Assembly: GCA_021789595.1 (NCBI GenBank)
Contig: JAJYJJ010000009.1
Span: forward strand, 1,274-65,273
DNA: 64,000 nucleotides
Source: Nitrospirota bacterium
GTDB lineage: Bacteria > Nitrospirota > Thermodesulfovibrionia > UBA6902 > JAJYJJ01
Reading direction: 5' to 3'
A program made the position numbers and the translations under genes. Positions 28,072 through 36,147 of the stretch are shown in pieces. Numbering within the stretch: the first letter of the stretch is position 1; each line of letters begins with the position of its first letter. The notes under the pieces were generated by a model. The model saw nothing but the letters and a program-made list of their open reading frames with translations, made no database searches and was not told where the DNA came from.

Positions 28072-29516
28072 AGAGCAGAAAGATACTTTCAATCGTTCAA
28101 ATGAACGACAGCCATGCCTATTTTGATTTACACCAGGAGATGTTCTGGCAGGGCGACCACGCGGTATACCGTCCCGCCGGAGGTTACGCGCGCATCGCCA
28201 CGATTGTAAAACAGATTCGGGCTGAGAGCCAGGGACGCATTCTCTTTTGCGACTGCGGCGATACCCTCCATGGCACCTATCCTGCCCTGGACACACAGGG
28301 ACAGGCTTTGGTCCCTGTTTTGAATTCATTGGGGCTTGATGCCATGACAGCTCACTGGGAATTTGCTTACGGTCCAAAGGTATTTAACCAGCGGGTTGCT
28401 GAACTGAATTATCCGATGCTGGCAAACAATGTCTATGATAAAGAGACAAAGAAGCCGGTCTATCGGTCGTATGCCGTAAAAGAGATTGGCGGATTACGGA
28501 TCGGCCTTGTGGGGATAGCCTCAAACATTGTGGACAAGACCATGCCGCCTTCTTACAGCGAAGGCATATTCTTTACCCTGGGCAGGGACGAACTTCCGCC
28601 AATTGTCGATACGTTACGCACTCAGGAAAAGGCAGACTTAATCGTTTTGGTCTCGCACCTCGGGTTCCCTCAGGAGATGAAGCTTTTGTCCGAGGTGCAC
28701 GGCATAGATATCTGTCTCAGCGGCCATACGCATAACCGCCTGTACAAGGCGGTTCTCAATGGGAAAACTATTGTTATACAGTCAGGCTGCCATGGTTCTT
28801 TTTTGGGTCGCCTTGACCTGGAGGTGGAGGATAGACAAATCGTCGTTTACCGGCACCGGTTGATTGAGGTTGAAGCAGCAATACAACCTGACCCCGCAGT
28901 AGATGACCTGGTAAGACAGGCGCTCGCACCCTATAAGAATGACCTCTCAGAGGTTGTCGGTGAAACTGCCACAGCACTCAACCGAGGAACAACCCTGGAG
29001 GCCACAATGGACAATTTTCTCCTTCAGGCTTTACTCGAAAGCACCGGTGCGCAATTAGCATTTTCGAATGGCTGGCGCTACGGCGCACCGATAGTTCCCG
29101 GGAAGATAACCTTGAATGACCTTTACAACATTATTCCCATGAATCCACCTGTCTCAACAGTAGAGTTGGCAGGAGAGGAAATCAAGGTAATGTTGGAGGA
29201 GAACCTCGAAAGGACGTTTTCATGCGATCCGTACCAGCAGATGGGAGGGTATGTCAAGCGCTGTATCGGTCTTAATGTATACTTTAAGATAGAGAACCCT
29301 CCAGGACACCGTATTCAAAAACTATTTGCAGGCAATGAAGAGGTACAGCCCGGCCGGCACTACACAGCGGCATTCGTCACGCCGCAAGGGGTCCCTCAGA
29401 AATACGGCCGCAATCGCGAAAACCGGTCGGAACGAACCATAGATGCGCTGCGAAAATATCTGGTGGTGCATCGCCCCCTTCATGCAGAACTCAGAGGCAC
29501 ATTTGTGGCGGTATAA
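28068..29516 (+). CDS. 5'-nucleotidase/SoxB-family dimetal phosphoesterase (no signal peptide)
   Basis: Calcineurin-like motifs 'MNDSHAYFD', 'CGDTLHG', 'GHTHNRL' and a 5'-nucleotidase C-domain. Overlaps the upstream gene by 4 bp. Confidence 0.6.
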   Translation: MKSRKILSIVQMNDSHAYFDLHQEMFWQGDHAVYRPAGGYARIATIVKQIRAESQGRILFCDCGDTLHGTYPALDTQGQALVPVLNSLGLDAMTAHWEFAYGPKVFNQRVAELNYPMLANNVYDKETKKPVYRSYAVKEIGGLRIGLVGIASNIVDKTMPPSYSEGIFFTLGRDELPPIVDTLRTQEKADLIVLVSHLGFPQEMKLLSEVHGIDICLSGHTHNRLYKAVLNGKTIVIQSGCHGSFLGRLDLEVEDRQIVVYRHRLIEVEAAIQPDPAVDDLVRQALAPYKNDLSEVVGETATALNRGTTLEATMDNFLLQALLESTGAQLAFSNGWRYGAPIVPGKITLNDLYNIIPMNPPVSTVELAGEEIKVMLEENLERTFSCDPYQQMGGYVKRCIGLNVYFKIENPPGHRIQKLFAGNEEVQPGRHYTAAFVTPQGVPQKYGRNRENRSERTIDALRKYLVVHRPLHAELRGTFVAV

Positions 29517-29636
29517 AAGAGCCTTCGACATATCAAAAGGAGATGAAGGAAGGAGGAGAATGAGGATGATGCAAAGAAGATAATAAACTACCTTGCCGCA
29601 AACTGCGGCACAGGAAATTAAAACAGAGGAGAGTAA

Positions 29637-30128
29637 ATGAAAAAGATTTTAGCAATATATATTTTAGTTATGGGAGTGTGTTTATTTTCCACGGCCGGTT
29701 TTGCCGAAACCAATTTAATTGTTTTGGAATCACCTTATCCCTTCGATAAGACCGTCAAGGCTATTGAACAGGCAATCCGACCTAATAATATGGGGATTAC
29801 GGCAAAGATTAACGCACAGGCTAATTTGGCGAGAGCAGGAATCAAAATCAGAGGAAACCAGATTTTTGAAATTTTCAGACCCGATTATGCTAAACGTATT
29901 TTTGATCGAAATCTCCAGGCCGGGATTGAGCCGCCTCTACGGATTTATATCTACGAAGACGGAAATAAAACCTTTGTTGTCTATCGAAAGCCGTCTTCCA
30001 TCTTCAAACCTTACGATGATCCTGTTTTGATGGATATTGGAAAGAAGCTTGATTCAATTTTAGAAAAGATCATCAAAATAGCCTTTAGTACGGCGCATGG
30101 CAAAGGAGGCAGAGGGGAAACAGAATGA
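29637..30128 (+). CDS. DUF302 domain protein with signal peptide
   Basis: 163 aa with signal 'MKKILAIYILVMGVCLFSTAGFA' and a DUF302-like core ('PFDKTVKAIEQAI...GIKIRGNQIFEIFRPDYAKRIF...PLRIYIYEDG'). Confidence 0.55.
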   Translation: MKKILAIYILVMGVCLFSTAGFAETNLIVLESPYPFDKTVKAIEQAIRPNNMGITAKINAQANLARAGIKIRGNQIFEIFRPDYAKRIFDRNLQAGIEPPLRIYIYEDGNKTFVVYRKPSSIFKPYDDPVLMDIGKKLDSILEKIIKIAFSTAHGKGGRGETE

Positions 30129-30369
30129 AGCGCTTGTTTTTAAGGGTTCTGCCCATGCACAGGCTATATTCCGCACGTCAAATGGACCTCGCCTGACCAA
30201 TGAGATTCTGCAGCAGCTTATCAAACGTGCGCATATGGTAAAATGAGTATATTTTACAATTGGAGGTGATGATATATCGTTTATTGAAGGTTCAGAGAAT
30301 GGCTGACAAGCAAGAAAAGAATAACGGCTCAAAAAGCTGTAAAACAAACTTGTAATTAAGGAGCGATTT

Positions 30370-30831
30370 ATGGAAGATATCAAACGTATACTTGTCGTAA
30401 GCAGGATGACCAAATACTGCCGGAAGGCTGTTCATTATGGCGTTTCTCTATCTAAAAAATATGGAGCAGAACTTTTTGTCATCCATGTGATTCATAACCC
30501 TTTCGGACTTGAGGGATGGAACCTGCCGATACCTTCTCTGGAAGAAGAATACAAGAGAATTCTCCTGGAAGAGAAAAAGCAGCTGGATATAATTATAAAT
30601 CTGGAGAAAGGAAAAGGCATGTCTGTAAAAGAATTGATTAGAGAAGGAGAGCCTACCGGAGAAATTTTAAAAGCCGTCAAAGAAGAGAATATAGATATCG
30701 TCATCATGCTTGCCCATGAGGAAGGCCATTTGGAACACTTTCTTTTTGGGCACAGCAATGAAGAAATTATCCGGAAGATGCCATGTTCGATTCTCATGGT
30801 GAAGAAGGAGCCTGAGCCTGTGGCATTCTGA
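30370..30831 (+). CDS. universal stress protein (UspA family)
   Basis: 153 aa with 'ILVVSRMTKYCRKAVHYGVSLSKKYGAELFVIHVI' and C-terminal 'MPCSILMVK'. Confidence 0.75.
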   Translation: MEDIKRILVVSRMTKYCRKAVHYGVSLSKKYGAELFVIHVIHNPFGLEGWNLPIPSLEEEYKRILLEEKKQLDIIINLEKGKGMSVKELIREGEPTGEILKAVKEENIDIVIMLAHEEGHLEHFLFGHSNEEIIRKMPCSILMVKKEPEPVAF

Positions 30832-30854
30832 ATTAAGAATCCCGTCGCATTTGA

Positions 30855-30986
30855 AGAGAAAAAAGGGTCTTCGCCGATGTTGCTGAAAAAGAGGGATTTC
30901 CCGAAATTGCCAGACGCTTAAGAGCAATCGCCAGAGCAGAAGAACATCACGAAGAAAGATACAAAAAATTATTAAAGGAGGACGTA
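30855..30986 (+). pseudogene. rubrerythrin ferritin-like-domain remnant (44 codons, no start, no rubredoxin domain)
   Basis: Encodes '[38 protein letters not shown]'. This resembles the Desulfovibrio rubrerythrin segment 'FAKIAREEGYEEIARVFASIAVAEEFHEKRF' (recalled from memory). It sits wedged between the two usp genes. Confidence 0.4.
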
Positions 30987-31435
30987 TGATTTCAAAGATT
31001 TTTGTGCCAACAGACGGTTCAGAGACATCTCAAAAGGCAGCCAGGTATGCAATTGACCTTGCAAAACAGTTGAATGCCTCAGTAATTATCATGAGCGTTA
31101 TCGATAAACGTTCACTTATAGAGCAGACAGTTCCTGCAGAGGCAACTTCAATGCATATAATAGAGCCTATTGAGGATTATCTGCGTGAGGCCGCCCAGAG
31201 GTATGCTGGAGAGGTAAAAAAACTGTGTGATAAAAATGGTGTCCAGTCAAAGACTATCATAACGACAGGATATCCTGTTGAGGATATTGTGAAAGAGGCT
31301 GAGAGGTCGAAGGCAAATCTTATTATTATGGGTTCCCATGGTAGAAGTGCTTTAGCAGCCGCAGTTCTTGGTAGTGTTACATTTGGAGTTATTCATAAAG
31401 ACACAAAAATCCCTGTTCTTGTGGTAAGAAGGTGA
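30986..31435 (+). CDS. universal stress protein (UspA family)
   Basis: 149 aa with '[35 protein letters not shown]' and '[21 protein letters not shown]...IPVLVV'. Confidence 0.75.
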   Translation: MISKIFVPTDGSETSQKAARYAIDLAKQLNASVIIMSVIDKRSLIEQTVPAEATSMHIIEPIEDYLREAAQRYAGEVKKLCDKNGVQSKTIITTGYPVEDIVKEAERSKANLIIMGSHGRSALAAAVLGSVTFGVIHKDTKIPVLVVRR

Positions 31436-31438
31436 TGA

Positions 31439-32032
31439 ATGTTCTGCACTAAGATTCCGAGACTTATAGAAGATGGCCGTATCATGCTGCGACCTCTTCG
31501 GCTCAGCGATGGCCCATTCTTGAGTAATGGATTAAGAGACGAAGACATTTTGAAGGCAAAGGGGTTAAATAAGCCTGTATCTCCATCATGGTTTTTTATC
31601 TGGTGGTGGTTTAGAAAGACCTATATTTGCCCTTTCTGCATTGAATTGAATTCAATGCCCATAGGATTTATAGGTCTATACAACGTGAGACTCGGTAAAT
31701 CTGCCGAAATAAGTCTGGTGATATTCGACAAAACCTTAAGGAGACAGGGTTATGGGACCAGGGCGTTTAAGCTTTTTGCGAAAAGCCTGCAGAGGCATTC
31801 AGTAGTGGAAAAAATACTCATAAAGATTAAGGCAGATAACCACATTGCACTTTCATTCTGGAGGAAACTTGGTTTTGTGGAGGCAAGTATTTCGAATGGT
31901 ATAAATGGTATAATCAGTATGTCTATGGATTTATTAATGGCCTCAAAAATAGAATTGACACTAATTATAAAATCTCCCCTCGCCCCTCTTTGCCAAAGAG
32001 GGGAAATCCTACCTTTGGCAAAGGGAGGTTAG
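31439..32032 (+). CDS. GNAT family N-acetyltransferase whose C-terminus is encoded by a palindromic repeat element
   Basis: GNAT core 'IGFIGLYNV...RRQGYGTRAFKLF...WRKLGFVE'. The last ~20 codons ('IIKSPLAPLCQRGEILPLAKGG') are read from the repeat at 31968..32044. Confidence 0.55.
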   Translation: MFCTKIPRLIEDGRIMLRPLRLSDGPFLSNGLRDEDILKAKGLNKPVSPSWFFIWWWFRKTYICPFCIELNSMPIGFIGLYNVRLGKSAEISLVIFDKTLRRQGYGTRAFKLFAKSLQRHSVVEKILIKIKADNHIALSFWRKLGFVEASISNGINGIISMSMDLLMASKIELTLIIKSPLAPLCQRGEILPLAKGG

Positions 32033-32044
32033 GAGGGATTTTCA
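31968..32044. repeat. composite palindromic element (aaaatctcccct ... cccctctttgccaaagagggg ... cctacctttggcaaagggagg ... aggagggatttt)
   Basis: Nested inverted repeats with C5/G5-type arms, seen in sequence. Related in style to the 61344 element. Confidence 0.55.
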
Positions 32045-32111
32045 TATTTTATGTAATCATTAATTATGAGACCCTTAATAAATAGCAACTATTTATAAGA
32101 AGGGAAGTTTT

Positions 32112-34229
32112 GTGGATAACATGAAAGACAGATTCCCCTATCTCCCGGATAGAATATCGGGTCTTGGTGAATTAGCCTACAATCTCTGGTGGAGCTGGCA
32201 ACCTTCAGTGAGGATGCTCTTTAAGATGTTAAACCGTCCGGCATGGAAAGAGAGTGTCCATAATCCAGTAAAGATGTTAAGAGAACTCCCCAAAGACATT
32301 GTGGAATCAGTTGCAAATGACCCGGAGTATTTACACCACTATGATGCGGTGCTCTCCAGGTTTCGGAAAGAGATGTCTTCAAAAGGGGGCTGGTTTTCTG
32401 AAAATATTGCTGATCCTGAATATTTACCCATTGCCTATTTCTCGGCCGAGTACGGGCTGCACCATTCCCTCCCCTTTTATGCAGGTGGATTGGGCTTCCT
32501 GGCAGGCGACCATATAAAGGAATACAGCGATCTTGGAGCGCCTTTAGTGGCTGTGGGCTTTATGTATCCTGAAGGATATTTGCGCCAGAAAATTCGTGCA
32601 GACGGCTGGCAGGAGAGCGTGGATGAAGTCCTGGACAGGGACGCTGCTCCGATCACAAGGGTTCTCAATGACAAAGGAGAACAGCTTGTGGTCAAGGTAC
32701 CTTTTATCGATCCTCCTGTTTATGTGGCTGTATGGAAAGTGATGGTAGGCCGTGTGCCTCTCTATTTAATAGATACTGATATAGAAATAAATGATCCATG
32801 GAACAGGGGGATATCTGCCCACCTCTATATCGGAGATATCGAACAGCGCCTGCGTCAGGAGATTGTTCTGGGTATCGGCGGAAGTGAGGTCTTGAACACC
32901 CTCGGAATCAAACACTCTGTACTCCATCTGAATGAAGGACATCCGGCCTTTGCCATTTTGGAACGGATAAGGGAAAGGGTACAAGGAGGAATGGGTTTTG
33001 ATAAAGCAATGGAACAGGTCAGGGCGACTACGGTTTTTACCACCCACACGCCTGTGCCTGCAGGGCATGATGTCTTCCCTTTTCATCTGATGGATAAATA
33101 TTTCAGCCATTATTATCCCCTTCTCGGTCTCAATAGAGATGCTTTTCTTCAGATTGGAACTCATCCAGAGAATCCCGCAGCCGGTTTTAACATGACCGCT
33201 TTCGCCCTCAGGATGTCAGCTTATCGTAATGGTGTCAGCAAAAAACATGGAGCGGTTGCTCGCCGTATGTGGCAAGCACTCTGGCCTGAAAGGCAAGAAG
33301 AAAATATCCCCATTGATTTTATAACCAACGGAGTCCATGTCCCCACATGGATAGAACCAAAAATGGAGCTTCTTCTTAACAGATACCTCGGCCCAAACTG
33401 GCTGGAGGATCACGACAACCCTGTAATCTGGGAATTGATAGACGATATTCCTGATAAGGAATTATGGCAGGTCCACTACTGGCTGAAGATGAAACTGATT
33501 AATGTCATCCGGGAGCAGGCACGCCGGAGATGGGTTGAGGACAAGATTTCCCCCACCAATGTTGTGGCTGGGGGGACATTGCTGGATCCATCGGCTTTAA
33601 CTATAGGTTTTGCCCGCCGCTTTGCTACCTATAAAAGGGCGGATTTAATCTTTCAGGATATGGAACGGTTGAAAAGACTCCTTAATGACCGGTGGCGGCC
33701 TCTGCAGATCATATTTGCCGGTAAGGCCCATCCTGCGGATGACCCAGGGAAACGAATCCTTCAGCGGATATTTAATTTTGCCCATGACCCTGATCTGAGA
33801 GGAAGAATTGCCTTTGTGGAGGACTATGGGGAACAACTGGCACAATACATGGTCCACGGAGTGGATGTATGGCTCAACAATCCCTTGCCCCCATTAGAGG
33901 CCAGCGGGACCAGCGGGATGAAGGCATCCCTGAATGGTGTTCCTCACCTGAGCATTCTTGATGGATGGTGGATTGAGGGTTTCAATGGCAAGAATGGATG
34001 GGCATTTGAGGGAAGTGGTGACGATGGTAAAGATGCTGAGGCGATTTATGATATTCTTGAAAATAATGTGATTCCCCTGTATTACAAACTGGATGACTAT
34101 GGCATTCCCCGCGAATGGGTGAAGATTATGAAGGAGGCGATTAAGAGCAACGCACCATTATTCAGTGCCAGAAGAATGGTAAAGGAGTATGTTCAGAAAT
34201 TTTATCAGAGCGCATTGAAATCAGCTTAG
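32112..34229 (+). CDS. glgP: alpha-glucan phosphorylase (GT35, bacterial 'DUF3417' type)
   Basis: 705 aa with 'WWSWQP', 'YFSAEYGL', 'GGLGFLAGDH' and pyridoxal-phosphate region 'EASGTSGMKASLNG'. Confidence 0.85.
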   Translation: MDNMKDRFPYLPDRISGLGELAYNLWWSWQPSVRMLFKMLNRPAWKESVHNPVKMLRELPKDIVESVANDPEYLHHYDAVLSRFRKEMSSKGGWFSENIADPEYLPIAYFSAEYGLHHSLPFYAGGLGFLAGDHIKEYSDLGAPLVAVGFMYPEGYLRQKIRADGWQESVDEVLDRDAAPITRVLNDKGEQLVVKVPFIDPPVYVAVWKVMVGRVPLYLIDTDIEINDPWNRGISAHLYIGDIEQRLRQEIVLGIGGSEVLNTLGIKHSVLHLNEGHPAFAILERIRERVQGGMGFDKAMEQVRATTVFTTHTPVPAGHDVFPFHLMDKYFSHYYPLLGLNRDAFLQIGTHPENPAAGFNMTAFALRMSAYRNGVSKKHGAVARRMWQALWPERQEENIPIDFITNGVHVPTWIEPKMELLLNRYLGPNWLEDHDNPVIWELIDDIPDKELWQVHYWLKMKLINVIREQARRRWVEDKISPTNVVAGGTLLDPSALTIGFARRFATYKRADLIFQDMERLKRLLNDRWRPLQIIFAGKAHPADDPGKRILQRIFNFAHDPDLRGRIAFVEDYGEQLAQYMVHGVDVWLNNPLPPLEASGTSGMKASLNGVPHLSILDGWWIEGFNGKNGWAFEGSGDDGKDAEAIYDILENNVIPLYYKLDDYGIPREWVKIMKEAIKSNAPLFSARRMVKEYVQKFYQSALKSA

Positions 34230-34289
34230 AAACCTTGCATAGGGCTGTTGAATGCTACTGCCAGGCTCATAGATCAAAGGAGGCTACAA

Positions 34290-35408
34290 ATGGACCGACA
34301 TACGATTCCATTGGGACGCATTCTGGGTATCCCTATTGGACTGGATTATTCCTGGTTTTTGATTTTTATACTGCTCACCTGGACGATGGCCGTTGGCTAC
34401 TACCCGGCTGAATTTAAGAACTGGCCCACGACCCAATATTGGGTCGTGGGCGCGGCGACTGCCATCATGCTGTTTGTGAGCGTACTGCTGCATGAGTTGG
34501 GACATTCGGTGGTGGCGATGCACTACAAAATTCCGGTGCGGAGCATCACGCTCTTTATCTTTGGCGGCATCTCCCTCATTGGCGCCGAACCACCAAACGC
34601 TGCTGCTGGATTCTGGATCGCCATCGCTGGCCCTGTTGTCAGTTTCGTTTTGGCAGTCCTCCTCAGTCTGACGCAGCCTTTCTTCGCAGGTGTCGCCCCA
34701 CTACTGGCCCTGTTCAAATATCTGGTCTATATCAACGTCGCGATAGGCTTGTTCAATCTTATTCCGGGCTTTCCCCTGGACGGTGGCGGTGTCCTTCGGG
34801 CCATTGTCTGGAGTATCAACCACAACATGCGCCGGGCCACCCTCATCGCCGCCAATGTTGGGCGATTCATCGCCTACCTCTTCATCTTCTTCGGTGTGTG
34901 GCAAATATTTGGTGGCAACTTCATCAACGGCATGTGGATCGCCTTCATCGGCTGGTTTCTTGAGAGTGCCGCCAGGGGGCAGGTTCAGCAACTGGCGCTT
35001 CACGATATGCTGGCAGGCCGTAAAGTGTCACAGGCAATGAATCGGCAATACGCAGCCATCCCTGCCGACACTACCTTGCAACACCTGGTGGACGATCACA
35101 TTTTGGGCAGCGGCCGCCGGAGTTTCGTGGTCAAGCGGGGTGATGATGTTATTGGCTTGTTGACCTTACATCACATAAAAGATGTCCCGCGGTCTGAATG
35201 GCCAGTGATGACCACCGCTCAAGCCATGATCCCGATAGAGCAAACGAAACGGGTGCGGCCAGATGAGGAGCTGTGGACAGCTCTGGAAGAGATGGACCGC
35301 GATGGGGTCAATCAACTTCCCGTAATGGTGGATGGGCAAATTCAGGGTATGCTCAGCCGGGAGGATATTATCAGCTATTTGCGCACTCTACGGGAATTCG
35401 GTGCTTAG
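34290..35408 (+). CDS. site-2 protease family (M50) zinc metalloprotease with tandem CBS domains
   Basis: 'HELGH' zinc motif and 'NLIPGFPLDGG', then CBS pair ('VSQAMNRQYAAIPADTTL...', '...LPVMVDGQIQGMLSRED'). A ~105-nt stretch within the gene counts at ~59% GC versus ~40% nearby. The ATG at 34290 is preceded by AAGGAGG. Confidence 0.75.
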   Translation: MDRHTIPLGRILGIPIGLDYSWFLIFILLTWTMAVGYYPAEFKNWPTTQYWVVGAATAIMLFVSVLLHELGHSVVAMHYKIPVRSITLFIFGGISLIGAEPPNAAAGFWIAIAGPVVSFVLAVLLSLTQPFFAGVAPLLALFKYLVYINVAIGLFNLIPGFPLDGGGVLRAIVWSINHNMRRATLIAANVGRFIAYLFIFFGVWQIFGGNFINGMWIAFIGWFLESAARGQVQQLALHDMLAGRKVSQAMNRQYAAIPADTTLQHLVDDHILGSGRRSFVVKRGDDVIGLLTLHHIKDVPRSEWPVMTTAQAMIPIEQTKRVRPDEELWTALEEMDRDGVNQLPVMVDGQIQGMLSREDIISYLRTLREFGA

Positions 35409-35434
35409 CCGATGTCCCGTTACAAGGAGGGATT

Positions 35435-36085
35435 ATGGTCACTATCAAGAAAAAACTCGGCGAGATGCTTGTAGAGGAAGGTCTTATTGACAACCTGCAG
35501 CTTAATTCTGCATTAGGGCATCAGCGACAGTGGGGTGGACATTTAGGTTCCATATTTGTTGAGATGGGTTTTGTTGATGAAAAGGATATAGCTGCAGCGC
35601 TTGAAAGGCAGCTCGGAATAAGATGCATCAATATAGATGACTTCGATGTGTCTGAGGCAGCAATTGAGGCCATGAAGGTAGATATCGCAAAGAAGTATAT
35701 GGCATTCCCGCTGATGTTAGAAGATAAAACACTTACCCTTGCCATGACCAACCCCGCAGAACTGAATGTCATTGATGAACTGCAATTCATGCTTGGCTAT
35801 AGGATAAAGCCTGTACTTGCCCTTGAGTCAGACATAAAAAGGGCTATTGCCTATCACTATGAGGGGGTTGAAAGACCAAAACAAAGAATTGATAGAAAAT
35901 CTGTTCAGGAAGTTGAGATCAAACCAACCGAATTCAAACAGGAACAGGAGACTCTTAGGCAGGAAGAGCCAAAAAGAGAGATTACACAAAAAATGGTTAT
36001 CGAGGCTCTGATTAGCCTTCTTGTGGAAAAAGGCATTATAACAAAAGATGAGATGCTGAACAGGCTTCATGATAGAACTGGATAA
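35435..36085 (+). CDS. stand-alone T2SSE_N / MshEN-domain protein (putative c-di-GMP-binding module)
   Basis: 216 aa. N-terminal 'LGEMLVEEGLIDNLQLNSALGHQRQWGGHLGSIFVEMGFVDEKDIAAALERQLGI' is the GspE/MshE N-domain repeat pattern, followed by a charged helical tail. The ATG at 35435 is preceded by AAGGAGG. Confidence 0.55.
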   Translation: MVTIKKKLGEMLVEEGLIDNLQLNSALGHQRQWGGHLGSIFVEMGFVDEKDIAAALERQLGIRCINIDDFDVSEAAIEAMKVDIAKKYMAFPLMLEDKTLTLAMTNPAELNVIDELQFMLGYRIKPVLALESDIKRAIAYHYEGVERPKQRIDRKSVQEVEIKPTEFKQEQETLRQEEPKREITQKMVIEALISLLVEKGIITKDEMLNRLHDRTG

Positions 36086-36138
36086 TTGTAAACCATTCTA
36101 ATATTATGAGTTGACAATCCTATCTTCTTTAGTAAAAT
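36086..36138 (+). promoter_or_regulatory. bio operon promoter (-35 TTGACA at 36111-36116, -10 TAAAAT at 36133-36138) overlapping a BirA-operator-like dyad TTGTAAACC-N15-GTTGACAA
   Basis: The left half-site TTGTAAACC is identical to the E. coli bioO half-site (recalled from memory). The right half GTTGACAA differs by one base from GTTTACAA. Confidence 0.4.
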
Positions 36139-36147
36139 ATATACCTG

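Noticed and set aside
30129-30369. Short protein-like frames between DUF302 and usp ('AQAIFRTSNGPRLTNEILQQLIKRAHMVK')
   Set aside because: They are too short and lack a start and any recognisable family. This may be another gene remnant, but it is unsupported.
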